Shown here: positions 1 to 9,537 of the stretch, one piece after another
How the letters are laid out: each line of letters starts with the position of its first letter
How positions within the stretch are numbered: the first letter of the stretch is position 1
From: Clostridia bacterium
GTDB taxonomy: Bacteria > Bacillota > Clostridia > Christensenellales > DTU072
NCBI GenBank assembly: GCA_035381305.1
Contig: DAOSYK010000004.1
Coordinates: 9,948 to 73,947 of the forward strand
Reading direction: 5' to 3'
DNA length: 64,000 bases
Notes under the pieces: generated by a model
Seen by the model: the letters and a program-made list of their open reading frames with translations, nothing else
Database searches by the model: none
Told to the model about the DNA's origin: nothing
Translations under genes and position numbers: made by a program

Positions 1-1
1 C

Positions 2-76
2 GAGTTTATCATCGAGCCCCTTGTTCACGGCATCGGTACTCTCAACGGCACGGTATCCGACTGCGGGAGGAAATGA
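2..76 (+). CDS. 3' end of an upstream gene cut by the window edge (product unknown)
   Basis: Open frame from the window edge (…EFIIEPLVHGIGTLNGTVSDCGRK*). It ends in a TGA that overlaps the moeA ATG as ATGA (73-76), which is typical translational coupling. Confidence 0.3.
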   Translation, partial: EFIIEPLVHGIGTLNGTVSDCGRK

Positions 77-1278
77 TGCTCAAAGTTGTGGAACTAAAGG
101 ATGCGAAAAAACTTATAAGTCAAAGATTTTCAACATATCCGTTTATAACTGTCCCGCTGGACGCGTCCGCGGGAAGGATTCTTGCAAAAGACGTATATTC
201 CCCCGAAAATCTGCCTCGGTTTTTACGCTCGGCGATGGACGGGTATGCCGTTAAGGCCTCCTGCCTTTCGGGTGCAAGCCAGAGCGTGCCCGTAACTTTC
301 AAGTTGATCGGCGAAGCGAAAATGGGTCAGAAAACCTATATATCGCTTACCGACGACGGCGTGGTCTATGTGCCCACGGGAGCCATGCTCCCCGAAGGCG
401 CCGACGCTGTCGTTATGATAGAGCACACATCGCGCCTCGGTGACGAGATTTTTGTCTACTCCCCTGTAAGATGGGGCGAAAACATAATCGCAAAAGGTGA
501 AGACTATAGAGAAGGCGAACTGCTTTTAAGTCGCGGTTCAATTCTTACAAGCGCAAAAATCGGCGTGCTCGCGGCGGCGGGAGTGACCGAAGTACCCGTC
601 GTCAGACCTATGAAGTTTTCTTTTATCTCCACGGGCGACGAAATTATTGACATAGGCGAAACCGTCGACGGCGGCAGAATAAGAGACATAAACTCCCACC
701 TGCTTAAGGCTATGATAAAGACCTTGGGCGAAGAAGTAAATTCGGTAATAATTAAAGACGACTTTAACGGGCTTGTTGCCGCAATACGCAAAGCGCTTGA
801 CGCAAGCGACGTGGTGGTAATTTCGGGCGGAAGCTCGGTGGGCGTAAGAGACTATACCAAGAGAGCCATTCTCGAATTTACAGACGACCTTTTCATAGAA
901 GGAATCGCTTTAAAACCGGGCAAGCCCACTATGGCGGCATCAGTGGGGGAAAAACTCGTTCTCGGTTTACCCGGAAATCCCATGGCGGCGTCGGTTGCGT
1001 TTGATAAGGTGTTTATTGAAGGTGCATTCGATGCGTTCGGCGTTAAACCGCCGCTCAGAATCCACGCCCGAGCAAAGATAAACTTTCCCAGCGCAAGCGG
1101 TAGGGCGACTGTTATGCCGTTACGACTTGAGGCTACAAAAGACGGGTATCTCGCCACGCCTTTATTCTACAAGTCGGGACTTATCCGCATGCTTTCGGAA
1201 GCCGACGGCTACACGATAATAGACGAAAACGAGGAAGGAATCCCCAAAGGAAAACTTCTTGAGGTATATCCATTATGA
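73..1278 (+). CDS. moeA: molybdopterin molybdenum/tungsten transferase MoeA
   Basis: 401-aa ORF with MoeA-like organisation and the MoCF-binding VVISGGSSVG motif. A GGGAGG RBS lies just upstream, and the stop overlaps the next gene. Confidence 0.85.
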   Translation: MMLKVVELKDAKKLISQRFSTYPFITVPLDASAGRILAKDVYSPENLPRFLRSAMDGYAVKASCLSGASQSVPVTFKLIGEAKMGQKTYISLTDDGVVYVPTGAMLPEGADAVVMIEHTSRLGDEIFVYSPVRWGENIIAKGEDYREGELLLSRGSILTSAKIGVLAAAGVTEVPVVRPMKFSFISTGDEIIDIGETVDGGRIRDINSHLLKAMIKTLGEEVNSVIIKDDFNGLVAAIRKALDASDVVVISGGSSVGVRDYTKRAILEFTDDLFIEGIALKPGKPTMAASVGEKLVLGLPGNPMAASVAFDKVFIEGAFDAFGVKPPLRIHARAKINFPSASGRATVMPLRLEATKDGYLATPLFYKSGLIRMLSEADGYTIIDENEEGIPKGKLLEVYPL

Positions 1279-3161
1279 GAAAGACCTATATTCAGAACAA
1301 CGATTTATCGCTATACAACGATTACCTTGCGTATCTTGGCAACCTCGAACTTGAGGGCGAATTTATCAACGTAGTCGACGGGCTTAACAGGGTGCTTAAT
1401 CACGCGGTATTTGCCAAAAAGTGCGATCCGATGTACAACGCCGCCGCCATGGACGGAATTGCGGTAAACGCCGAAAAGACCGCCTCGGCGAGTGAAAACA
1501 CTCCCCTCACCTTACACATAGGCGAGGACTTTGTATACGTAAACACAGGCAACGCCATAAAAGGCGCGTTTAACGCCGTCATTATGATTGAGGAAGTGCT
1601 TGTCCTTGACGAAAACACCGTGCAGATAATCACTCCCGCCTATCCCTGGCAGAACGTTCGCGTCAAAGGCGAAAGCATAGTGGAAGGCGAAATGGTCTTG
1701 CCGTCAGGAAGCGTCCTTCGCCCTGTCGACATCGGCGCGCTCTACGCCTCGGGCAACAAGACCGTGGAAGTTGTCAGAAAAGCCAGAATCGGCATTATCC
1801 CCACAGGCAACGAAATGGTAAACGACCCCGAACTATTAAAGGACGGCCGCCTTATGGAGAGTAACTCCAAGATGTTTGCCAACATGTCGCTGGAATGCAA
1901 CGCTGTCCCCGCCGTTTACCCGATCGTGAAGGACGAAGAACGGCTTCTCGAGGACGCGCTCAAAAAGGCAGTCGCCGAAAACGATATAGTAATTGTGAAC
2001 GCGGGAAGTTCGGCAGGCACCAAGGACTTTACCGTAAACGTAATAGAGCGTATCGGCGAAGTTTTCGCCCACGGCTTTGCCATAAAGCCCGGCAAGCCCA
2101 CAATCTTAGGCAAGATTAACAAAAAGCCCGTAATCGGCATACCCGGGTATCCCGTTTCGGCGTATATTGTGTTCGATCTTTTCGTAAAACCTATACTTTA
2201 CGCAATGCAAGGACAAAGCGCACGCCTCCGCCGCAAGGTTATCGCTACCCTTACCCGCAACGTTACTTCGACCTTTAAGAACACCGAAATAGTCAGGGTA
2301 TCGATGGGTAAGGTGGGTGGAAAGACTGTGGCGACGCCGCTCGAGAGGGGCGCGGCGCAGATAATGTCCCTGGTCAAAGCCGACGGCATAATAAAGATTG
2401 ACCGCCTGTCCGAAGGTATCTCCGAAGGGAGCGAGGTCGAGGTGGAACTGCTTAAAGACATGGAAAAAATCGAGAAGAACCTCGTTGTTATCGGCAGCCA
2501 CGACCTTATTATCGACGTAATCGGCGACAAGATGCCCATAACCAGCGCGCATACGGGCAGCATGGGCGGCATTATGGCGCTTATTCGCGGGGAATGCCAC
2601 ATCGCGCCCATACACCTTCTTGACGAAGAGAGCGGCGTATATAATATTCCTTATATAAAGAAGTATTTTGCGGGCAAAACCATGGCGCTTATCCGTGTGG
2701 TGGGAAGAAGCCAAGGGCTTATTCTCCCCAAGGGCAATCCTCTTAACATAAGGGATATCGAGACAATCGCCGAAAAAGGCTATGCTTTTGCTAACAGGCA
2801 GCGTGGCTCGGGCACAAGGGTGCTTTTCGACTACCTGTTAAAACAGAAAAAAATACCGCCGAAGAGCATCGTATCATACGAAAAGGAGTACAATACCCAC
2901 CTCGCCGTCGCGGTGGCTGTGGAAAACGGCGTCGCCGACGCAGGGCTGGGGATAGGCTCTGCCGCAAACCTTATGGGTCTTGACTTTATTAAGCTGGGCG
3001 ATGAGGAATACTCCTTCCTGACCACCGAAGAAAATCTCGCCGACGAAAGAGTGCAAAATCTCATTGGGCTTCTTAGGAGCGAAAAAATCAAGCAGAAATT
3101 TGACGCTTTCGGCGACTACACGACTGAAAGAATCGGAGAAATCGAGATAATAAAATGTTAG
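1275..3161 (+). CDS. MoeA-family molybdopterin biosynthesis protein fused to a C-terminal periplasmic-binding-protein-like domain
   Basis: 628 aa. The N-terminal ~400 aa are paralogous to the preceding MoeA (NAGSSAGTKDF, IKPGKPT). The C-terminal ~220 aa (LVVIGSHDL…RQRGSGTRVLFD) resemble a PBP/anion-binding fold. Confidence 0.8.
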   Translation: MRKTYIQNNDLSLYNDYLAYLGNLELEGEFINVVDGLNRVLNHAVFAKKCDPMYNAAAMDGIAVNAEKTASASENTPLTLHIGEDFVYVNTGNAIKGAFNAVIMIEEVLVLDENTVQIITPAYPWQNVRVKGESIVEGEMVLPSGSVLRPVDIGALYASGNKTVEVVRKARIGIIPTGNEMVNDPELLKDGRLMESNSKMFANMSLECNAVPAVYPIVKDEERLLEDALKKAVAENDIVIVNAGSSAGTKDFTVNVIERIGEVFAHGFAIKPGKPTILGKINKKPVIGIPGYPVSAYIVFDLFVKPILYAMQGQSARLRRKVIATLTRNVTSTFKNTEIVRVSMGKVGGKTVATPLERGAAQIMSLVKADGIIKIDRLSEGISEGSEVEVELLKDMEKIEKNLVVIGSHDLIIDVIGDKMPITSAHTGSMGGIMALIRGECHIAPIHLLDEESGVYNIPYIKKYFAGKTMALIRVVGRSQGLILPKGNPLNIRDIETIAEKGYAFANRQRGSGTRVLFDYLLKQKKIPPKSIVSYEKEYNTHLAVAVAVENGVADAGLGIGSAANLMGLDFIKLGDEEYSFLTTEENLADERVQNLIGLLRSEKIKQKFDAFGDYTTERIGEIEIIKC

Positions 3162-4078
3162 ATAACTACCAAAGAAACATAAACTACCTGCGCCTTTCGG
3201 TCACCGACCTGTGCAACCTTAAATGCCGCTACTGCATGCCTAACGGCGCGGTAAAATGCACCCACGACGAGATTTTGAGAATCGAGGAGCTTGTAAAGAT
3301 AGTAAAGGCGCTGACCACGCTCGGCATTGACAAGGTGAGAATAACAGGCGGCGAGCCTCTGATAAGGCGCGGCGTGGTTTCCTTGGTCGAGCAGATTTCA
3401 CCCCTTGTCAAGACCGTCGCCATGACTACAAACGGAGTACGGCTTGCCGATATGGGCGAAGACCTGAAGCGGGCGGGACTACACTCACTTAATATCAGCA
3501 TTGACACGCTTGACCCCGACTTATATAAAGAAATTACCGCGGGCGGAAATCTTACCGACGCTCTGAACGGAATAAATAAGGCAAAGGAACTGGGCTTTCC
3601 TATGAAGCTCAATACCGTACTTGTGGGCGGAATCAACGAAAACGCCCTGCCCGATCTTGCCGGGTTTTCCGCAAAAAACAATGCGGTCTTACGCTTTATC
3701 GAGCTTATGCCGTTTGAGTCGACGGGCGACTTCTTTGAAAAGCACTTTGTACCCGCGTCGCAAATAATAAATAAGTATGACCTGAAGTATACGGGTTTTG
3801 AAAACAATTGCGCCTACTACGACTACAACGGGCAGAAAATAGGCTTCATTACGCCCATTTCCAATAAGTTCTGCTCAAGCTGCAACCGCATAAGAGTGAC
3901 GGCAAAGGGAACGTTTATCCCCTGCCTGCACTGCCGCCGCGAATATGACCTAAAGCCCTATCTTTTCGACGAAAAGGCTTTGACCGACTACCTTGCCGAG
4001 TGTATAAAGGCAAAGCCCGAACACCACAACCTTTCGGTGGGAGAAGTTCGGGACGACATGTTCAATATAGGAGGCTGA
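3155..4078 (+). CDS. moaA: GTP 3',8-cyclase MoaA (radical SAM)
   Basis: Radical-[11 protein letters not shown] motif at the N-terminus, a GGEPL motif, and the second cluster motif [13 protein letters not shown]…C at the C-terminus. Confidence 0.92.
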   Translation: MLDNYQRNINYLRLSVTDLCNLKCRYCMPNGAVKCTHDEILRIEELVKIVKALTTLGIDKVRITGGEPLIRRGVVSLVEQISPLVKTVAMTTNGVRLADMGEDLKRAGLHSLNISIDTLDPDLYKEITAGGNLTDALNGINKAKELGFPMKLNTVLVGGINENALPDLAGFSAKNNAVLRFIELMPFESTGDFFEKHFVPASQIINKYDLKYTGFENNCAYYDYNGQKIGFITPISNKFCSSCNRIRVTAKGTFIPCLHCRREYDLKPYLFDEKALTDYLAECIKAKPEHHNLSVGEVRDDMFNIGG

Positions 4079-4079
4079 A

Positions 4080-4544
4080 ATGGAATTTACCCACTTTAAC
4101 GAACAGGGCCGCGCCAAAATGGTAGACGTGGGACACAAGACCCCCACCGAGAGATACGCCCGCGCTAAAAGCGAAGTCCATATGGCGATTGAAACGCTAA
4201 AGGCAATTGTGGAAGGGAAGGTCAAAAAAGGCGATGTCCTGGCCGTCGCGCAGGTTGCGGGAATCATGGCGGCAAAGAGAACGTCGGACACAATACCCAT
4301 GTGCCACAATATACCCTTGACAAACGTAGACATTAATTTTGAAATAAAAGATTACGGCATAGATATTTTTGCCGAAGTAAAATGCACGGGAACAACGGGC
4401 GTGGAAATGGAAGCATTAAACGCCGTAAGCGTCGCCGCCCTGACCGTTTACGACATGGCAAAGGCGATTGATAAGAGAATGACCATAGCAAATATACAGC
4501 TTCTGGAAAAAAGAGGCGGAAAAAGCGGAGATTTTGTAAGATGA
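4080..4544 (+). CDS. moaC: cyclic pyranopterin monophosphate synthase MoaC
   Basis: 154 aa. Has the MoaC-like MVDVGHK…IPMCHNIPL…TGVEMEAL motifs and lies 1 nt after moaA. Confidence 0.92.
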   Translation: MEFTHFNEQGRAKMVDVGHKTPTERYARAKSEVHMAIETLKAIVEGKVKKGDVLAVAQVAGIMAAKRTSDTIPMCHNIPLTNVDINFEIKDYGIDIFAEVKCTGTTGVEMEALNAVSVAALTVYDMAKAIDKRMTIANIQLLEKRGGKSGDFVR

Positions 4545-4987
4545 CAGGAAAAGTAATTGCGGTTAATATCAGTGAAAAGAAGGGCGTGAGCAAACACCCC
4601 GTAGACTTTATCGAGTGCGTGGAGAATTTCGGCATAAATGGCGACGCCCACGCTTCCGAAGGGATAAAGAGGCAGGTAAGCCTGTTGGGTCTCGAGAGCA
4701 TAAACAAGTTCCGCGAAAATAAAAAGGCGGTAGGGCTTTGCGAAGGCAAATTTGCCGAAAACATCACGACCGAAGGAATTACCCTTTACGAATTGCCCGT
4801 AGGCACGCGCCTTAAAATCGGCGGCAGCATTCACGAGGTCAGCCAGATAGGAAAGAAGTGCCACGCCGACCAAGGGTGCGAAATCGCCAGGCTTTACGGC
4901 CAGTGCGTCATGCCCAAGGAAGGCATTTTTACAATAGTAATTAAAGGCGGAATAGTAAAAGCGGGCGATACAATAGAAAATATCTGA
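4541..4987 (+). CDS. MOSC domain-containing protein
   Basis: 148 aa, overlapping the moaC stop by 4 nt. The GINGDAHA…RQVSLL…GENITT pattern is typical of small MOSC proteins in Moco loci. Confidence 0.75.
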   Translation: MTGKVIAVNISEKKGVSKHPVDFIECVENFGINGDAHASEGIKRQVSLLGLESINKFRENKKAVGLCEGKFAENITTEGITLYELPVGTRLKIGGSIHEVSQIGKKCHADQGCEIARLYGQCVMPKEGIFTIVIKGGIVKAGDTIENI

Positions 4988-5639
4988 AAAAGTCTATAAA
5001 TTGTTTGGTGGCGGCATTTTGGGGGTTTTCCAACATGGTTTTGCTGTCCCCTCTCTCAACGATTTTGCCGTCTTTCATAAAGATTATTTCGTCGGCCAAA
5101 CTCGCTTGACGAAGACTGTGCGTCGCGTAAACAAGCGTTGTGTTGTTTGTTTTCGCGTATTCCATCATCGTTTTTTCTATCCTCAGCGCCGACTCGATGT
5201 CCATCGCCGAAGTGGGCTCGTCCAATAATAGCATATCGTGCTTTTTTATCAGCACTCTTGCAAGAGCGACTTTTTGCGTCTCCCCGCCCGAAAGTCGGCC
5301 GGCGTTTTTGTTTTTGAGTTCGGCAAGACCCATTTTCTCGATTATTTACCCGACCTCTGCGCTGTGCTTGTTTTTATCTTTGAACGGAAACGCCAATAAG
5401 ATATTTGTGCGTACCGAGAGAGCAAAAGCATAGCTTGTCTGGGGCATGTAAACGATGTCTTTAATGGGATTCTCTATCCTTCCTTCAAAATCGATAATGC
5501 CGGCAAGGATTTTTATGAGCGTCGACTTGCCCGAGCCGTTTGCGCCGATGAGAGCGTACTTTTTGCCCTCTTCGAGAGTGAACGAGACATCGAGCGCGAC
5601 GTTTTCGTCGTAAACCTTTTTCGCATTTATCTCTATCAT
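4941..5639 (-). pseudogene. tupC: tungstate/molybdate-type ABC transporter ATP-binding protein interrupted by one in-frame TAA (tupC-like)
   Basis: ORF 5346..5639 carries Walker A GANGSGKST and a Q-loop YMPQ. ORF 4941..5333 carries the LSGGE signature, Walker B LLLDEP and an H-loop ATH. Both are in the same frame (5639-5333=306) and are separated only by tta (=TAA) at 5346-5348 plus 4 sense codons. Confidence 0.8.
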
Positions 5640-6322
5640 CTCTTTTTCCCCCTCTGCAAAAGGCTGGCTGCGAGGTTTACGGCGACTACGATGAGCATAA
5701 GAATAACGCCGAGCGCCACTGCGTAGGCAAAGTCGCCTGTGTTATAGTTAAGCGCGATGGTGGTAGTCATTACCCTGGTTTTGTGGAGAATGTTTCCTCC
5801 CACTATCTGAACCGCGCCCACTTCCGACATCGCCCTTGCGAAAGCAAAAAGATATACTGCTATTATCTGATATTTACTTTCCACAAAGGTGAGCGCAAGC
5901 ACCTTGCTTTTGCCCATTCTCAGACCCTTGGCTGTCTCTGAAAGCCTGTCGCAGATGGGGCTGGCGGCGGTTTCGGTCATGCCCGCCACAATGGGGGTGA
6001 TGAGCACAACCTGCGCAATAATCATAAGTTCGACGGAATAAATAAGCCCCAGTTTTCCAAAAGGACCTATCCCCGAAAACAGGATATAGACAATAATGCC
6101 GACAACGACCGGCGGAAAGCCCATGCACGTTCTTATGAACATGACCACGGCTTTTTTTCCGGGAAACTCGTTGGCGGCAATCAAAAGCCCCGACGGCACT
6201 CCGATAAGGAGTGCCGCAAGGGAGCTTGAAAAGGCCATTCTGAGCGTAGTAAGGATTATTTCGGAGAGAACTTTATCTCCCGAAAACACCAGTGAAAACG
6301 CTCGGGCTAAAGATTCTGTCAT
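5636..6322 (-). CDS. tupB: ABC transporter permease (TupB-like)
   Basis: 228-aa polytopic membrane protein with a binding-protein-dependent permease signature region (…ETAKGLRMGKSKV…). Its start overlaps the tupA stop and its stop overlaps the ATPase start. Confidence 0.85.
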   Translation of the reverse strand: MTESLARAFSLVFSGDKVLSEIILTTLRMAFSSSLAALLIGVPSGLLIAANEFPGKKAVVMFIRTCMGFPPVVVGIIVYILFSGIGPFGKLGLIYSVELMIIAQVVLITPIVAGMTETAASPICDRLSETAKGLRMGKSKVLALTFVESKYQIIAVYLFAFARAMSEVGAVQIVGGNILHKTRVMTTTIALNYNTGDFAYAVALGVILMLIVVAVNLAASLLQRGKKR

Positions 6323-7257
6323 TATTTACCCTGATTCTTCTTGAAGGTGAGGTAAGTGGCCTTGTCGCTCAATACGTAAGCGTTCTGCTCGTTGGCCATG
6401 GCAAGACATGCGCCCATACCCTGACCGGCGGAGACATACCAACCCTTAACGGTTTCGGGAAGAGCATTGACATCGGCGGTAATTCCGAGGGTAGTGTCCC
6501 ACAGGGAAACTTCCTTGGTGTGGGTGCCCGACGAGTCACCGCGGGAGATGAATTTGCTCTGGGTGTCAGCTATAGCTTTGAAAGCGTCCTTGATGCTCGC
6601 GGCGTCTTTTACCTTTGCGGGATCAGCCTTGGGTCCGACGAGGACGAAGAAGTTGTACATAAAGGTCACCCTGGCGGCGGTAAAACCTTCCACGACGCGG
6701 CCGTATCCTTCGTTTACGAAAGCGTCTTCCTGGCTCTTGCTGTGAACAAGAATGAGGTCGGCGTTGCCGAGTTTGGCGGCGTTGATCGCGGCGCCCGTGC
6801 CGGCGGAAGCGATGTTGACCTTGTAGCCGTAAGCTTCCTCAAAGTAAGGCATGAGGTACTGCATAAGCCCCGAATCATTGACCGAGGTCGTGGTGGAAAG
6901 CGCGATATCCTTGGTGGCTGCGGTAGCAGCGGGGATCTCGACTTCTACGACTGTGGCGTTCTCCTGTAGATAGAAGAGCTTTTCGCCGTAGTCTTCCACA
7001 CCGTAGTTTTCGATGAGAGCACGGGTGGACGCGAGGCTGAGCCAGTTGATGAGAGCGTCGGCGCCCGCGGTGTTGATCTCAACATCGGTATCGGCAAACT
7101 TTTCGGGATTTACGGCAATTGCCGAATAGGTGTTTTTGAGGTCGTTGTCCTGTTCATAGAGGATGACGAGCTCATTGGGGTTGCTGCAGGCGGTAAATAC
7201 TGCCGCGCAGGCAACGAGAAGTGCCAAAACAAGCACAAGTGACAAAACTTTCTTCAT
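6322..7257 (-). CDS. tupA: tungstate ABC transporter substrate-binding lipoprotein (TupA-like)
   Basis: The start was chosen at MKKVLSLVLVLALLVACAAVFTAC (lipobox), with a GGAGGAA RBS at 7261-7267. The protein contains STTTSVNDSG, matching the TTTS anion-binding motif described for TupA. Confidence 0.8.
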   Translation of the reverse strand: MKKVLSLVLVLALLVACAAVFTACSNPNELVILYEQDNDLKNTYSAIAVNPEKFADTDVEINTAGADALINWLSLASTRALIENYGVEDYGEKLFYLQENATVVEVEIPAATAATKDIALSTTTSVNDSGLMQYLMPYFEEAYGYKVNIASAGTGAAINAAKLGNADLILVHSKSQEDAFVNEGYGRVVEGFTAARVTFMYNFFVLVGPKADPAKVKDAASIKDAFKAIADTQSKFISRGDSSGTHTKEVSLWDTTLGITADVNALPETVKGWYVSAGQGMGACLAMANEQNAYVLSDKATYLTFKKNQGK

Positions 7258-7261
7258 GTGT

Positions 7262-7352
7262 TCCTCCTTTCCGCAATGGGAGGCGCGGCCGTTTCCCACC
7301 GCACCCCGTCCGAAAAACCATGGCAAACGCTTTAGGCTTAACGGCTCGGATT
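7262..7352 (-). promoter_or_regulatory. candidate Moco/Tuco (molybdenum/tungsten cofactor) riboswitch in the tupA leader
   Basis: Minus strand reads UCCGAGCC…GGGAAACGGCCGCGCCUCCCAUUGCGGAAAGGAGGAA. The 3' part GCCUCCC-N5-GGAAAGG overlaps the RBS and resembles, from memory, the conserved 3' core of the E. coli moaA Moco RNA. It sits between a good promoter and a Mo/W transporter gene. No covariance model was run. Confidence 0.55.
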
Positions 7353-7364
7353 AATATTTTTATC

Positions 7365-7393
7365 AGTATAACAAAAATTTATTGTTATTTCAA
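7365..7393 (-). promoter_or_regulatory. sigma-A type promoter for the tupABC leader
   Basis: Minus strand reads TTGAAA-17 nt-TATACT (revcomp tttcaa 7388-7393, agtata 7365-7370). Confidence 0.55.
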
Positions 7394-7402
7394 CAAATTA
7401 CG

Positions 7403-8845
7403 CTATATTTGTTGTCCTCTACGCTCGGCAAGGTCGGCGTACATCTTTATTTTGACGTCCTTGTTTATCTTATACCAGAACATCGGCAGCATTGAGAGCA
7501 GCATGCTAATGCCGGGAATGCCCATATAGGCAAAGAATACCCAGTTCTGCATCCCGGGGGTAATGGTAATAAGTCCTTCGGCGACCTTTTCGGCATTGTA
7601 CCCCGCCGCGCCCACAATGAAGATACCTATTGCGACGCAAAGGGCGTTGTTTATCTTATTGCTTAAACTGAGTACAGCAAACTGAGTGCCCTCCGTCCTC
7701 TTGCCCGTCTGCCACTCGCGGTAGTCGACTATGTCGCTGACCATGACCATAGGAAGGTATCCTATCGGGCCGAAAGCAAAGCCCACGAAAATCTGATATA
7801 TAAGGATGGCAAGGAGTGTCCTTAATGCGCTTACGCCGGTGACGTAAAGGATAAACGCGGCAAGACACACAGCCGTGCCGTATACGGCAAACCATATAAA
7901 GGTCTTTTTCTCTCCCCATTTTTTATTGATTGCGGGGGCGAGGATAATGGAAATTGTGGAGCTGACGGCGGAAGTGACACCGAGGAGCCATGCGAGGTTT
8001 TCGCCCGCCATGTAGCCCAATATTGGTAAGGTCACGCCGTCCTTAAGGAGCACGGCGCCCGCCTGGACGCCGATATTCATTCCCATGCTGCGGCCAAAGC
8101 CCAGCATATATGTAAGGAATACGATAAAGAGCATGCGGTTGTCCTTAAGTTCCTTTACCAGATCCTTAAGCGTCATGCGGTTGTGCACAACGGGCACCGC
8201 CTCTTTGTTGCAAAAGGGTATAAGAAGATATAAGGGCAAACCCACCGCGACATATACAAGCGCGGAAATAAGGTACTCCTTGCTGCCTATCGCGCCGTTG
8301 GCCGATTTGGTAAGAATGCAGATAACGGGCACCACGACGCTTGGAGCCGCAAGCGCGACCGACTTAAGGATGTTGGTGATACCTGCCGCCGAGTTTCTCT
8401 CCTCTGCTTTTGGGGTGAGAAGCGCCAGCATTCCTTGGCTGGGGATGTCGGCAAAACTCATGGATATATTCCATAAGATAGTCGTTACGGTTATGTAGGC
8501 GTACATTCCGACTTGAGTTTTGAAGGGAATGACGATAAACATTATTGTCGTCAATATCGTAATGGGAAACGCACTGATTAAAATAAACGGGCGCATCTTG
8601 CCCATTTTGAAGTTGCTTCTGTCGATAAGGTTTCCGATTAACGGGTCGGCGAGAGAACTGAGAATTTTGGCGACGAGAATGATTACCGCGACCGCCATAA
8701 GGTCGGCGCCGAACATGCTGGTGTAAAACTGCGATTGGTAGGTGTTGATTGCGCCGATAAAGAGCTGCACACCGAAAATTCCGAACGCGTAGGTCAGGAT
8801 TTCCTTGGTGCCAAGTTTCTTATGGCTCTCCAAATTTTCGTTCAT
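7403..8845 (-). CDS. MFS transporter, glycoside-pentoside-hexuronide (GPH):cation symporter family
   Basis: 480 aa with about 12 predicted TM helices. The N-terminal LADPLIGNLIDR…GKMRPF motif is typical of GPH/MelB-like carriers. It starts 9 nt after the PII-like gene. Confidence 0.8.
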   Translation of the reverse strand: MNENLESHKKLGTKEILTYAFGIFGVQLFIGAINTYQSQFYTSMFGADLMAVAVIILVAKILSSLADPLIGNLIDRSNFKMGKMRPFILISAFPITILTTIMFIVIPFKTQVGMYAYITVTTILWNISMSFADIPSQGMLALLTPKAEERNSAAGITNILKSVALAAPSVVVPVICILTKSANGAIGSKEYLISALVYVAVGLPLYLLIPFCNKEAVPVVHNRMTLKDLVKELKDNRMLFIVFLTYMLGFGRSMGMNIGVQAGAVLLKDGVTLPILGYMAGENLAWLLGVTSAVSSTISIILAPAINKKWGEKKTFIWFAVYGTAVCLAAFILYVTGVSALRTLLAILIYQIFVGFAFGPIGYLPMVMVSDIVDYREWQTGKRTEGTQFAVLSLSNKINNALCVAIGIFIVGAAGYNAEKVAEGLITITPGMQNWVFFAYMGIPGISMLLSMLPMFWYKINKDVKIKMYADLAERRGQQI

Positions 8846-8854
8846 AATTTCCCC

Positions 8855-9187
8855 TTATTCTTCCACTATCTCTTTGGTTATGTTTGCTATTCCTATTACG
8901 TCCTCAACAGGCAAAGAAATGACTATGCCGTTGCCTTCGGTGGTAAGGCCCGCTTCCTTGTAAATTGCCTTCATGATTTCCTGTCTTGCGCTCTTTTCGG
9001 TGAGGATGAGAATGATGTCCTTCTCCGGCTCGATTGTCACTCCCCAGATCTTACTTGCGTCAAGACTGCCTGTGCCCCTGCCGTGAATGAGGGTGCCGCC
9101 CCTCGCTCCCGCGGCGTGCGCGGCGATCATGACTTTTTCGCAGAATCCTTTACGGACTATCGCGATTAACAACGAATAAGCTCCCAT
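8855..9187 (-). CDS. PII-like signal-transduction protein (small, ferredoxin-like fold predicted)
   Basis: 110 aa. The pattern LLIAIVRKG…AAGARGGTLIHGRGTG…ILILTEK…IMKAIYKEAGL…GNGIVISLPVEDV parallels the GlnB/GlnK beta-alpha-beta/T-loop/beta-alpha-beta layout. A GGAGGAG RBS lies inside the end of the preceding gene. Confidence 0.65.
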   Translation of the reverse strand: MGAYSLLIAIVRKGFCEKVMIAAHAAGARGGTLIHGRGTGSLDASKIWGVTIEPEKDIILILTEKSARQEIMKAIYKEAGLTTEGNGIVISLPVEDVIGIANITKEIVEE

Positions 9188-9189
9188 GA

Positions 9190-9537
9190 TTATTTCTCCT
9201 CCTTGTTTGCAAGAAATCCCGTAAGATATTGAAGGGCAAGCATACTGCTTAAGCTCCCTATCCTTACGGTAAACGCGATGCCCGTATTGGGCTGGTCAAA
9301 ATGAAGCTCGCTATTCAGCAACTCGAATATAATTTTGATTTCGTCCTCTTCGGCAACGCTCATGATGACCGATTTTTCGGTTTCGCCCAAGCCGAAATAG
9401 GTCTGCGTATCGGTAGGCGCGGTGCCCCTGCCGGGGGTGGCGATGTGGTATTCGATGTTCTTGTCGTTAAACAGCTTCGTCACCTTTTTGTCCATGTTTC
9501 GGTCAACAATGACAATAATCAGTTTGACCGGTTTCAT
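9190..9537 (-). CDS. PII-like signal-transduction protein (second paralogue)
   Basis: The start was set at MKPVKLIIVIVDR because this ATG overlaps the DUF1538 stop as ATGA (9534-9537). GRGTA follows the first beta-alpha-beta unit, as in its neighbour. Confidence 0.6.
   Translation of the reverse strand: MKPVKLIIVIVDRNMDKKVTKLFNDKNIEYHIATPGRGTAPTDTQTYFGLGETEKSVIMSVAEEDEIKIIFELLNSELHFDQPNTGIAFTVRIGSLSSMLALQYLTGFLANKEEK

Noticed and set aside
21-254. 77-aa ORF overlapping the moeA start region.
   Set aside because: It is out of frame with, and overlapped by, the motif-supported moeA gene and the upstream gene's 3' end. It has no RBS.
5346-5348. Stop-codon reassignment or programmed read-through as the explanation for the in-frame TAA in tupC.
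   Set aside because: TAA is used as an ordinary terminator by several other genes in the window (for example lpd, iolB and the first PII-like gene). No recoding signal is apparent. A nonsense mutation or a sequencing error is simpler.
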